From Takakia lepidozioides (Eukaryota; Plantae; Bryophyta): 64,000 nucleotides of DNA. The notes beneath the pieces were generated by a model. That model did not search any database. It had not been told where the DNA came from and was given only the letters and a program-made list of their open reading frames with translations. Shown in pieces: positions 1 to 11,800 of this stretch. Made by a program: the position numbers and the translations under genes. The first letter of the stretch is position 1; each line of letters starts with the position of its first letter. The stretch covers positions 74,152,001-74,216,000 of the forward strand of contig CM060733.1 of assembly GCA_030704615.1 (NCBI GenBank), read 5' to 3'.

Positions 1-1990
1 AGCTATGGCCACGTACTTTACCATCCGCGACTTGTACTTTATGCGGGCCTTCGCCTCCGCAACTTTGAGATACAATTCCAGTGCCGGGAGGGTTAGTTTC
101 TTCTCCTCTGACTCCATGTAGAACCTCCGCGCATGTGCCAAATCCTGCTGAATTTTCGTCTGTCAAGAATGCGCAGATATGATTAGAAATCCTGGTCAAC
201 ACTTTTTCTTCTATTGGGGGAGGAGAGACAGATAAGCTGAACAAAACAGTCAGGAGCTTTACCCAAAATATGTAGTCCACCATGGCGTCCATGCTCAGCC
301 TATACCAGGTTCTGTCTGCCTTTGCCTCCGACTTGCGTAGCAGGTCGGCACTGAGCGAATTGGCAAACTCTTGCACCCCCTGCTTCCCAACATCCTTCAC
401 TCGGAAGAGCATATGGGACAAGTTGGTGGCAATGAAGGCATTCTCAGTCACCCTGCAATGCCACATTTCCATTAAACAATACAGAAATGAGAATTTGCAA
501 CAAATATGACGATTGGCAATGAAGTGACTGTTTCAAATTCAAAGTTCCAAATCAAGAGGCATTGTAACTTACGAGTTGATGTCTGCCATTGCCGCTTTGA
601 GAAGACTGCGATCTTTGGGCCCCGCAACCTTGAGCACAACACACTCCACGGCAAAATGCCAATCCAGATCGTTGGGGTGGGCTTGGGCTATGTACTCCAT
701 CCATGCCAGGAGGCGATGATTGCCGTCCCACACGTAAAACATCTTTCCGGACAAGTGCTGGAAAAGACGATCAGTAGCAATCAATCTCTCGAACTCCTCA
801 TTTTGCCTTTGCCAATGGGGACCCCATTTGTCCACCTCATCGGAAGTGTGGGCACGAGAAGCTCCGTGGTCATTCTCCATGGAAATGTAAAACGCGGCAG
901 ACCCCATTCGATATCCCTCCCGGAAAGAGAATTTCAGCTTGTCGATATCGCTTGGGAGGGCAGGTCTCACCACCTGCAATGAAACCAAGCGGCAAAGGGG
1001 AATCCGAAGCTTGGCCGGGTACACCATGCCCCCCAGGACCCTGCCAATGTTGCTGTGGGTTGCCTCCAACATCTTGGCAGCGGCCAACTTCATATCCGCC
1101 TCCGACATGACGTCTGTTGCAGGGGGGTTCTCCGGCAGCCCACCCGGACCGCCAAATCCAGCCTGTATGCTCCGGGTTTGGGGCCTGGGGATGTCCGGAA
1201 GGATGTCATCCTGGTCAGAAAGCTCCCTCTCGTCGTCTTCAACATGGTCAACCACCGCCGGAACCACCTCGAGCACTCTCCCTGTCTCTACTGCCCTCTC
1301 CCCGGCTTCACCTCGAACTTCCACAATCTGTGCTCTTTGTGATGTTCTTTCCCTTCCTCCAGTCTCCATCGTATGGGTAATTTGGTGGGCTGCTCCCACC
1401 CGCGATGGTGTAACCGGTATGTTACTGCCTCTTTGTGGTGTCTTGGAGGGATCCACCGTCTCTGTGCGTCCCTCGCTTACATGGGCATCTGTCATTTCGA
1501 CAACCCTGGCCTCTTCAGTGGCCTTTTCTATTGCCTCCTGGCTAGCCTTATGTCTCGCCTGTTCTTTTGCCCTCTCTTTTGCCCTCTCACGGGCCTTCTG
1601 TTTCTTACTGGGGGTAGCAGCAGGGGAGGCCTCTAGGACGACCACCTTTGATTGAGGCGAACTGACACCCTCGCGTGCCTCCCCCCTCCGCAGCCCGTGA
1701 CGGCTCTCTTGCCGGGGATTGCATGTGCTTGGCTTTCTTCTTCTTCTTTGCGTGGGCGGGCCCTACTGCATGTGCATCAACTTCCTCCATTGCCGGATCT
1801 GCTGTCCTCATCCGACGCCCTTCACCTGCCATGCCGCCTGCACCAACCTCCCCAATGCCTATTCTGTCGTACTCTCGCTGCAAGTCCTCCCGACCACCAA
1901 CAAAAGGATTTAGTTTGCCCTCCCGCCCCAAGTTGGGCGGTCCAAACATGCGATGAGTAGCGGCTTTTGGAGTGACTGCTCGAGCAGTTG
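1..1990 (-). CDS. Intron-containing gene with a ParB/Sulfiredoxin-like domain; 3' end runs off the window; probably a transposon accessory gene; one frameshift near 1650
   Basis: ORF 569-1645 has RLVSLQVVRP...DIDKLKFSFREGY...FYVWDGNHRLLAW. GT-AG introns at 453-572 and 160-262 splice in frame (DINS/VTENAFIATNLSHMLF...YIFW/TKIQQDLAH). The start codon is uncertain. Confidence 0.65.
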
Positions 1991-2340
1991 GAGCTGTCGA
2001 TGATACCACCAGCATGTTGGGCTCGTCGTCACTCTGTCATCCCCAACAATCGTGAGAGCCAACATCGCAACGAGCATCGCAACCACCATCGCAACAATAG
2101 TGGGAAAACAATGAAAACAAAACAAAACCAAGTACGGAGTGGCATGGAACAAGCATGAAAACAAACCCAAGCAATCCCTAAGAATCACATGCAAAAGCAG
2201 CCTTTTCCAGAGCTGCCGGCTTTGCACACGCATTGCAAACTATCTAAGGTTCACTCAACCAGTAACTTGTTGAAATCAACATGATAATTTAAGGACGATT
2301 TCGATAAGACGGGAAAAGAGGGTGAAATGTTTTGAAGGCA

Positions 2341-2560
2341 CTTCATCTGCCCAGACAATCTTCTCAACTCAGCATGGATTTCCTTAATTATGGTATGCAA
2401 CCTGTCATCTACAACGAAGGTGTGCACCCTGTTGCAAATCTCAATGCAGCAACGACCTGGCTCTAACCCCTCTGACCTTCATCATTCTTCTCACCAACTC
2501 CTGCTTTTGCAACGACCTGGCTCTTTTCTAACCCCTCTGACCTTGATCATTCATCTCACC
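2341..2560 (-). pseudogene. Fragment of a PPR E+/DYW junction
   Basis: Minus strand reads VRGVRKEPGR and IEICNRVHTFVVDDRLHTIIKEIHAELRRLSGQMK; similar to 33840-33930. Confidence 0.7.
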
Positions 2561-3099
2561 AACTCGTACTTTTGCAATGCAACCATGCACTTCCAGGGCT
2601 GCCAGGTTGAAGATGCCAAAACAAACAAAAAAAAGCAAGGAAGACCGCACATGTTACACAAAGCAAAGAGGAAGAGGCTTGCCTGAGAGTGCTTGACTTC
2701 AGTTGATGCGGGTTGTGAGCAAGACAATGGGATCTCCTGCTGGAGCTTCAGTTTGGCCATGCGAGAGGTTGGACGCCACCCGTAGTACAAAGGCTTCAGC
2801 TTCCGCCGCAGTCTGGGTGTGGGGTTTCTCTCAGGAGAGCCACGCCCTTCTCCACGCGGCATAAGTCCCAGCAAAAGAAAAAATCTCCCGAGGTATGCGT
2901 GAATGGAATTTCATCCAAGCGTCACATTAGGTGTCGAAGGCGTATCCGGGAAGCAAGCGCGGAATCCTTGTGGAACATCCGGTTCAAAACCGACGGCAGA
3001 GAACATTTAATGCGCAACTGCGCCATTAAATGTCGTTGGTATGGAGGTCGGCCACAGGCGCCGACAGGCCCACCCTCCCCCCGAGACTTCATCAGTCGC

Positions 3100-3900
3100 C
3101 CGCTGGATGGAAAAAACGGCGCCGAATTTCCATCTAGCGGATGAAGTAGGACGCAACGTGGCCCTCCCTCCGCCCGAGCCGTTTTCATCCACGAGACGCC
3201 GGATGGAAAAGTCCATCCTGCAGGTAATTTGGAGCGTGGCCGGATGGGAACCCGGCGCCGAATTTCCAACCTGCAGGTAATTCGGAGCGGGGCCGGTTGG
3301 AAATTCGGCGCCGAATTTCCAACCCGCAGGCAAAAAATTCCAAGTTTAGTGTGTAACCAGTCAAAAAAACGCGAAAAACTTGATGCAACGACTATAAATT
3401 GTTGAAGAAGGGCCGATACGGGCGTCTGTGGATGGAAATTCGGCACCATTTTTCCATCCGGTGGATGTTCTCTGTCGGCCATGTGTCAGGCTCTCCCCCC
3501 GAGACGACTTCATCCAACGGGCCTCGGATGGAAAATCGGCGCCGTTTTTCCATCCGGGGGATGTTCTCTGTCGGCGACGTGTCGGCCTCTCCCCCCGAGA
3601 CGACTTCATCCAACGGGCCTCGGATGGAAATTCGGCGCCGATTTTCCATCTGGGGGATGTTCTCTGTCGGCCAGTTGTCGGCCTCTCCCCCCGAGACGAC
3701 TTCATCCGTGCGGCCTCGGATGGAAATTCGGCGCCGTTTTTCCATCCGGGGGATGTTCTCTGTCGGCCAGGTGACGGACTCACCCCCCAAGACGACTTCG
3801 TCCGACCGGCCTCGGATGCAAATTCGGCGCCGTTTATCCGTCCGGGGGATCTTCTCTGGCAGGCACGTGGGGCCGTCACCCTCCAATTGGACGTCCTGTC
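3100..3900. repeat. Palindrome-bearing tandem array: five 96-bp units plus dispersed upstream copies of the core
   Basis: The core GATGGAAATTCGGCGCCGTTTTTCCATC recurs at 3431, 3527, 3623, 3719 and 3815. A perfect 30-bp palindrome GGTTGGAAATTCGGCGCCGAATTTCCAACC lies at 3295-3324. Confidence 0.92.
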
Positions 3901-4107
3901 GAAGTAAATTTTGCGCCTCATTCCTGGGTACGGTTATATTAAATGGTGCTCTTTTCCTTTGCCACTTGCCCGACCTTCGCTCGTGACCCACGCGTTTCAA
4001 ACCGAGATAGCAACAACACTTCTTCGCTCCGAGCTCCTCATCTTCCCCACACTCCCCCTTCCTTGCGCACCCTCTCTACTTCCTGGCAGCCCTTTCAGTA
4101 GTCCTCG

Positions 4108-4674
4108 ATGGCGTGCCGGGATCCCAGCAACTACCCAAACAAGCATCGCACCCCTTGGGACTTCTCGCCCAAGTCAGGGGATATTTTCATATACCTGCAG
4201 GATTGGATAGACCACTCTCAACAAAGGAGGGTGCACCTATCCGCGCTTGAGTACCTTCCTGGCTTCCACGATCAGCCTCGGGGGGACGGGCTTGCGCGGC
4301 TTTGGTGCCTGCGAATCGTTGATCTGCAGTATCCACCTACATGGAACATCCCCAAAAGCCACACGGCCTTCCTACATCATTGGAGGTGCTGCCAGTGGGC
4401 CTACGAGGATTGCATCGGGTGTACGTACATGCCAGAGAGGATTCCATCGCATACAGTGTATGGGGACATTCTCATAAGCTACGAGGATGAGTCCTATGGA
4501 CACAGTCTCTCCACATCAAAGATCTCGATTTACGATGGTGCATATATCGGAGGACATGACACCGTTGTCCACTACACCAAAGCAGAACGGGCTGCATCCA
4601 TTGTCTTCACCTACCGACACCCTGTCAGTCATGAGCTTGTTGAGAGGCCAATGGAGGTTCCAGCTTCTTGGTGA
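4108..4674 (+). CDS. Hypothetical 188-aa ORF, no recognised domain
   Basis: ATG-initiated open frame of ordinary complexity next to the repeat array; no other support. Confidence 0.3.
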   Translation: MACRDPSNYPNKHRTPWDFSPKSGDIFIYLQDWIDHSQQRRVHLSALEYLPGFHDQPRGDGLARLWCLRIVDLQYPPTWNIPKSHTAFLHHWRCCQWAYEDCIGCTYMPERIPSHTVYGDILISYEDESYGHSLSTSKISIYDGAYIGGHDTVVHYTKAERAASIVFTYRHPVSHELVERPMEVPASW

Positions 4675-4689
4675 GGATAGTGCAACACG

Positions 4690-6096
4690 GGAAAAAATTC
4701 CCAACTTACCTGAGCATCGGAACATTGGGGTCTTCCCCGTACACCCTTCGGATGGCAGCCCAATTTGCTTGTGCGTTGTCCGCCATGAAACCACGGAAAT
4801 TGAGAGGGGGCAATCCCGCCCTGGCCATCTCCTGCAGTGGATGTCGTAGACATGTGTAGCCATTGTCACCCACTGGTGATTTGTAATTCGCTTGATATGG
4901 TCGAACATGACCCAACTGTTTGACAAGTCCCCACTCGTCATCCGGTCGACCAGTTTGACGCCGATGCCAGGCCCACACGTGGACATTTTGAATACGAAAC
5001 AACGATCTGCCTCAGTCCCTTGTCCAGGAAACCTACTTCCATGAATGTAGTCATATCCACATCGTCGCTTCACCTCCAGAATGGAGTGCATATCCGAGCC
5101 ATGCCCAATTTTACAACGTGGTTTCGGACATTCGGTGAATAGACGTGGGGACACTGACTCTAGCAATGCCTCCATTTCCTTCTCATCGAGAGGAACTCTG
5201 TCGGAGCCGTCTTCCGACATAATTCTGGCCAATGCCATCTTATGGGCGGCCTGCAGCTGTATCTGTTTGGGTTTGGCACCAGGTCTCAACTTAACCTCCT
5301 CCTGAACGAGCTGCTCTGCCTCGTGGGCAGCCTCCCGCGAGTTCCTCCTCGCCAATTTGTGACAATGGGAACCAACGTGTATGCAAGCTCGTGTGAGGTC
5401 AGGGAAACGGTGCAACACATAGAACTGCTTGGTATTACAAACAGACATGCAATGTGGTGGTTCTTTGCAATGCGCACACTTAAATGTGGAGTTTGGAACC
5501 TTTTCCTGAGCTCAAAATGGTTGATGAGCTGTGCCTGTCCAATCCATCTCGTTCCTGTGACCTCTGGATTTAGAGTGGAAGCAAGTTGGGGAGAAACACC
5601 GCAACGTGCCTGCACAAACAACGTAGCGCACTCACACACCATCGAGCATCTTCATGCCGGTGATTTTGGTGATGCACCAAGGATGACCGTCATGTTTCCT
5701 ATCCATATCTATCAACATTCCGGACGCCCTGGAATAGTCCGTTCGAGGAGGGAACTCAAAGAACATATTACCGTCGACATCTGTGGGAAGGCATGTAATG
5801 GATTTAATTGCAAACTTGCTGTAGTCCAGCCCAGCCAGCTCCAAGCGGTGTCCCTCTATGTGAAGCCCTCGCAGAATTTCAAGAATGGATCGAACTGCTG
5901 TGTTCGTGCTGGGAATATGATTCCCTCGTCCGCTGATGTCCATTGAGGACTTGCCTGATCTCCAGTATGATCTCGGAACTTCTATGACCTCGTCGGAGTC
6001 GGACAGGTTGTGAACAACCCGGTTCTCACTGGTCTTCATTGATGGGTTCGGCTCTGGATTTACTTCGTTGCGGACTTCTCTCTTTGAGGTACCCAC
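4690..6096 (-). pseudogene. MULE/Mutator-like DDE transposase, N-terminal half, frameshifted and truncated
   Basis: Cys/His-rich GCM/WRKY-like region (VVCAGTLRC...CAHCKEPPHC...RACIHVGSHCH), followed by WVMFDHIKR and FRGFMADNAQANWAAIRRVYG, which fit the first and second catalytic Asp. Confidence 0.6.
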
Positions 6097-6111
6097 TCTC
6101 TGATTCGCGGA

Positions 6112-8012
6112 TTGTTTTGTGGAAGGCGCCAGGATAGAAGGCGCATTTGGCGGGCAAATGAAGTCCCCAACAGCCTTGTATATGACGTTGTCCGATGGTG
6201 GAACTCGCCATTCCCTGCCGTCGCCGAAATCATCGTGGACAAGGCACCTGGCGGAGAAGAGGATTCATGGCAAGCTGACAAGAATATTCGCACGCTCCCT
6301 CGTGGTCCTGCACGTTCAAGCCGAGGAGGTCCTCGTCGAGCACCGCAAGTCCCTGCACGTTCAGATTGCCATCTCCTTGAGCACAGGGCACGTGCCCGAG
6401 GAACATAACAAGCCATCTGTAGTAACGCAGTACACATACCCATTGTGGAGACAAGTGTCGGAGTCACAGTGGAGAATTGCAAGGACATTGTCGGCATTTC
6501 GAGGGAAGTGCTGCGCCATCCGGGTGGATACGAGAGCACGCTGTGGTGAGATAATTCGGAGGAACCCACACGGTGCTGTACCTGCACCTTGTTTCAGCGG
6601 CAGATATTTGACTCCCACATTCTCTCACGCCACAACGCAGACGTTTTGGTTCTATAGGCACGACATAATGACCTGTGTATTTGGCAAGCCCAAGTACGGG
6701 ATTCAGGGAATGCCGGAGCCTCCAGGCGTCTGGCTTGTTGCACTGGGTTGCAACCAGTGTTGGGCGGTTCTTGCATTTGTGAAGCAACCTTCGGTTCCGG
6801 TTCCAAAATTATTTCAAGAGACGGTTCCGGATCCGGTTCCGGTTTTTTTTTATTGAGCCGGTTCCGGTCCGGTTCCGGATCCAACTTTTAAACATGGGGG
6901 CGGTTCCGGTTACCGGTTAGTTGCTGATAAAAACCATCGGTTCCGGTTCTATTTTAAAAATATATTTGTTTAATTTAATTAGATTTAAAATATTTTATCA
7001 GTCCTGTAGATTAAATAGCAGTGTATTCACATATTTGAACTAAAATCCAATGATTTTGTTAGTTTTCACTAACACAAAAAAACAAACAAAAATACTCTAA
7101 ATAAACTGGTAGAAGAAAATGGGTAAAATTTTATGGGTTGAAAGTACTATTCAGCTATCTGGCAAGTATTGGCATCTTCAAACATTTTATTAATGAACTT
7201 AGCCAGGATATCATGGAGCTGGAGATTGAACCCAAGATCTCATGGCGCTGAAGCATTGAACATAGAATCTCATGGCCTTCAAGCATTGAACCCAGGATCT
7301 CAGGAGCTTAAGAGCATTAAATAAGTTTTTCCCTGGGCCCACCAGCCCCACCAAGGGGTCAAGAACCAAGAACCGGACTTAGAAGCGCTTTGGTGTACTA
7401 GAGACATTTAGGGCTACAGCCCACGGGTGGACCGGAACCGAACCGGAACCGCTTTGGAGCTGGAACCGCCGGTTCCCACACATTGTGGTCGTAGCTGGAA
7501 CCGCCGGTTCCGGTTCCCACACAATCCGCGGTTCCGGTTCCGGTTTCCGGTTCTACACAGGCGGGTCCGGTTCCGTCCGGTTCCACATAACCGGAACCAG
7601 AACGGCGGTTACCCGGGGCCCAGGCGGGTAACCGCCCAACACTGGTTGCAACCTCTCTCAGAATGAGGCGGATGCTCTTTCTGCAGCAGGATTTCGAATG
7701 GTGCAACGAACAGACGTCCCGGCCCACTTGTTTCCAATTCCTCAGACCCAGCCATTGCAGACTGCTCGGTCCAGTAGAGACGGATTGGACAATTCTGCAC
7801 ATCCCACAATGCGATTCGGAAGAGTGAAGAGACGACACCCTCCCAACAAGTTGAATGAGACTCGGATTGCCAATGCTCTTGGGATGGCTTGCACTATTTA
7901 GAGCTCCGTAGACGTACCCCCACCCGACCTTGGGCGTGTTTATCGGATGGCAACGGCCGGCTCAGCTGTACACCACGACGTATACACAATTACAATTGGA
8001 GTGGAGCCGACT
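6112..8012 (+). pseudogene. C-terminal part of the same MULE-like protein family, interrupted by a hAT MITE and cut by an LTR
   Basis: WRIART...KCCAIR...C...FWFY...C...PEPPGVWLVALG parallels WHIEGT...KCAAIR...C...FWFC...PPPPSVWPVKVG at 45900-46442. Confidence 0.55.
6755..7644. mobile_element. Non-autonomous hAT element (MITE), 890 bp
   Basis: Perfect 15-bp terminal inverted repeats (TIRs) CAGTGTTGGGCGGTT; 8-bp TSD GTTGCAAC at 6747-6754 and 7645-7652; subterminal CCGGTT/CCGGAA arrays; AT-rich core. Confidence 0.93.
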
Positions 8013-8847
8013 TGTCGCGGCACTTTGCCTTGAGGGCAGGGGGTCGGGACACAAGAGGGGCTGCCCCTGTGGTGGGGGTAGTGGAAGCGATAGGTATGGG
8101 GGGCTGAAGCACCCTTGAGTGCCCAAAGCACTCAAGGAGGCGGAGGCGCTCACTAGGTGGAGCCCCGCACACCAGTTTTGCGGTGGGGGTGGCTCCACAA
8201 GGGTGGTGGTAGCTTAGCGGGACTTAGTGGGGGTGGCATAGGACTCACCCTGGGATGAAGTCGAACACAAACCAAGTTCGGAATGGAAAACAAAGAAGAA
8301 ACTGTGGTTTTGGGTCCAAATGAATTATGTTCGCTCCCAAATTTGGCACGCACGTTGCACATGGCGCGGAGACCTCGTGGTGGGAGTCGTGGGGAGTCTT
8401 GGGACTCATCACGGTCCATAGGGGCCGTGGTGAGTGGGCCAAGACTCACCGCGACTCATCACCGGGAGTCGAGGGTGTTCGTGGTGGTTCGCCATAAAAT
8501 GGCATGGTTTTTGTGAAACCCCCGCGGACAGCTACAGAAGTATATATAGGGAGTAGTAACCCCGAACATGGTGCAAGCCCGTTGGTGACCAAAAGCTAGT
8601 GAGTAAGCGAGCGAGCCGGAAAGCGACCAAAGAGTGGGGAGTTGTTCCGGACTGCCAACTACCAAAGGGAATTCCGCTGGTTCTAAATCGTTGGAGGGTT
8701 CTTTGGGAGATCAAGGGGGGACCGTTATGTCCCGGTGAGCAGACGAAGCTCCAAGTTGGCCCGGCGGCCAGGTTGGGAGTTAGGCGCGCGCATCAAGCGA
8801 GTAACTATGACTTGAGGGGGGAGCTTACCGAAGTGAGTTGCGCGACA
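8013..8847 (+). repeat. 5' LTR of copy 1, with a ~105-bp foreign insert at ~8255-8359
   Basis: Ends are TGTCGCG...CGCGACA; matches the other LTR copies in the window apart from the insert. Confidence 0.93.
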
Positions 8848-8849
8848 CT

Positions 8850-8861
8850 TGGTATCAGAGC
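8850..8861 (+). promoter_or_regulatory. Primer-binding site (PBS) for initiator tRNA-Met
   Basis: TGGTATCAGAGC lies 2 bp after the LTR. The same PBS occurs on the minus strand at 24209-24220 and 29919-29930, with a one-base flank variant near 50745-50756. Confidence 0.92.
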
Positions 8862-11800
8862 TTAGAGTTCAGTACGCGATTGTCCTTGGGATTGGCCTCA
8901 TCATGGGGTCGGGCAAGCCAAAGCAAAAGCGGAACGGCCCAAAAGATGATGATCCTGGTGAGCCCGATGGGGGCGACGTGTCACCGAGGCGGCCGTTTGA
9001 GGAACCAATGCATGTTTCCGAAAACGAGGCCGCTCAAGAGCGGGAGGAGGAGGAATCCGGAGAGAATAGATGCCTCCCATGCCGGCAGCCTTTTGGGAAG
9101 GGTTGTTGGCGCATTTTTGGCGGGACGTTGAAAGACGTGTTGAAGGCGGCTAATACCACTTCAACTAAGGCAAAGTTTAAGGTGAAGCCGAAGGAACCCG
9201 ACACCTTCGAGGGCGTCCGAAATCGGAAGGCACTCAAAACTTGGCTCTTGGAGCTAGAGCAGTACTTCCGGGCGGCCAAGTTGAGTGATGAGGATCGGGT
9301 GGAAGTGGCTCCCACCTATTTGAGGGGCTATGCTCAACAATGGTGGCAAAAATGCCTTCACGACCGAGGTCCAAGCCCGGAAACCTTGAACTGGAGTGGG
9401 TTCAAGGAATTGATGAAGAGGCAATTTGTGCCCCTCAACGCGTCCTGGCTCGCCCGGGACAAGATGAGGAATTTGAAGCAAACAGATGACATTCGGGGAT
9501 ATGTCCAGGCTTTCAATGTGCTGTTGCTCGAAGTCGCGGACATGGCAGAACCATAAATAGTCTTCAACTTTGTGGCGGGACTAGCCCCATGGGCCAGGCG
9601 GAAGTTGGAGGAGAAGCCACCTAAGACTTTGAACGAGGCAATTGAGAGGGCTGAATGTTTCTCGGATGTCCCTAAGGGTGAAAGACAAGGCCGGACGGAG
9701 CTGAACCACAAGAAGACCCGGCGGGAAGGTGACTCCTTCCGACCGGAAAAGAAGTGGGATAGGCCACGCGGCGACAATGGCACGTGGAAATCGAAGGGAG
9801 GGCCTTCACAAGTCAAGGCGGCACCCGGTGCTTCGAAAGGAAAAGCGGGTGGAGTGGCTTATGGCGGATAGAAGGCGACCTTTGATGGAGTGTGTTTCAA
9901 TTGCGAGAAGCCCGGGCACATGGCCAAGAAGTGCACGAAGACCCGGCAATTGAACATGACTCGGGCGACCACAGAGCTGTCGGAAGATACCATCAGTCGC
10001 TTGGTGGAAGCGGTGGTCGCCAGGACTTGCAAGGTAGGCAACTATTCTTGTGAGTTGTATCAGGAAACTGGCGCCTTACGTAAATGGAGTCAGTTATTGT
10101 TCGTGGATGGGATAATATCCGGAACTAACGTGTCGTTGTTGGTGGACACAGGAGCGTTGCACTCCTTCATGACACCGGCAACAGCACAAAAGCTGGGACT
10201 CCCGACAAGTGACGTGAGGGCCTCTATTGAGGTGCGTTCTGCCAAAGGAGAACCGCAATTGGCGACAAGGTTGGCGTTTGATGTTCCTCTTCAACTGGGG
10301 AGTTGGGAGGGATGTGAGAACTTCACCATCTGCGAGATCGATGGAGTGGATCTCATTTTGGGGATGACCTTTTTGAGCAAATCCGGAGCGGTCATAGATG
10401 GCCGCAAGAGAGTAGTCACGCTGCCATGTGGGAATGGTGGCGAGGTCTTACGAGTGTCGGAAACGCCCAAACCCGTGGGAGGGGCGAATAAACCTCCTGT
10501 CAGCAAGGGAGTGGGCCGTGGAGGAGGCACAGGAGCCCCAGTTTTTGCTCTATATTAGAGAAGTGAAGGGAGAAGGCGATGGGGAGCCGAGCCCAGATTG
10601 GATCAAGGGGATTTTGGAGAAATACCAGGATGTGATGCCGGAGGATTTACCAAGCGGCTTGCCACCGCGAAGAGGAGTTGACCACAAGATTGAGGTGATA
10701 CCAGGATCAGAACCGCTTGCCAAGGCGCCCACAGGGAGTTGGTCGAGCTGAAGACTCAGCTCAAAGATCTAATGTCAAATGGGTACATCCGGCCGAGTAA
10801 GTCACCTTACGGAGCCCCGGTGCTATTCGCAGACAAGAAGGATGGGACGCTGCGGATGTGTGTCGATTACAGGGCTTTGAATAAGGTGACTATAAAAACC
10901 GGTACCCTTTGCCAAGGATCGACGACGACTTTTCGATCGGTTGGCAGGAGTGAAGTATTTCAGCCGGATCGATCTGCGCTCCGGCTATCATCAAATTTGA
11001 GTGGCGGAAGGAGATGAGGAGAAGACCGCGTGCAGGACAAGGTATGGTTCATATGAGTTCTTGGTGATGCCTTTTGGACTCACCAACGCTCCCGTGACCT
11101 TTAGCACGCTGATGAACAACCTTTTCTAGGAGTTGGATGACTTTGTGATTGTGTACATCGACGACATCTTGGTGTATTCGAAAACAAAGGAGGAGCACCT
11201 GGAGCACCTCAAAAGGGTGTTCCAGAAATTGCGGGAAGAGAAGCTGTATGCCAAAGCTTCAAAGTGCGAATTCGGGGTCACAAAAGTGGAGTTCCTGGGG
11301 CATGTGATTACACAGGATGGGATCAGAATTGATGACAGAAAAGTGAGGGCAATCTTGGACTGGGAGCCTCCGACTTTGGTCCCGGGAGTGCGATCCTTCC
11401 TAGGACTCACCTCCTATTACCGGAAGTATGTGAGAAATTTCGCCAAGATCGCGGGGCCGCTGTCAGACCTTCTGTATAAATCCAAAGTCTGGGCATGGAA
11501 CACCTTTTGTGGCCAAGCTTTTGCTGAATTGAAGCAGCGGATGGCGGAAGCTCCAGTCTTGAAAATCCTGGAGTTTGATCGTCCGTTCGAGATTCATACA
11601 GATGCGTCGGACTTCGCGATTGGGGGTGTACTGATGCAAGATGGACGTCCAGTGGCTTACGAAAGTATGAAACTGAATGAAGTGGAGCGACGGTGGCCGA
11701 CGCACGAGAAAGAGATGAAGGCGGTGGTGCACTGTTTTGAGCTTTGGCGCCACTATGTTGGTTCCAACCCAATGAAGGTGTTCACGGACAATGTCACGGT

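Noticed and set aside
3424-3900. CRISPR-like array of palindromic repeats
   Set aside because: The sequence between palindromes is itself repeated, so there are no unique spacers; no cas genes; eukaryotic context.
3361-4000. Long ORFs on both strands with 32-aa repeats
   Set aside because: A by-product of a GC-rich 96-bp repeat unit that is a multiple of three.
7889-8865. Short ORFs within LTRs and antisense to gag-pol across the window
   Set aside because: Shadow frames of GC-rich repeats; their boundaries vary between copies.
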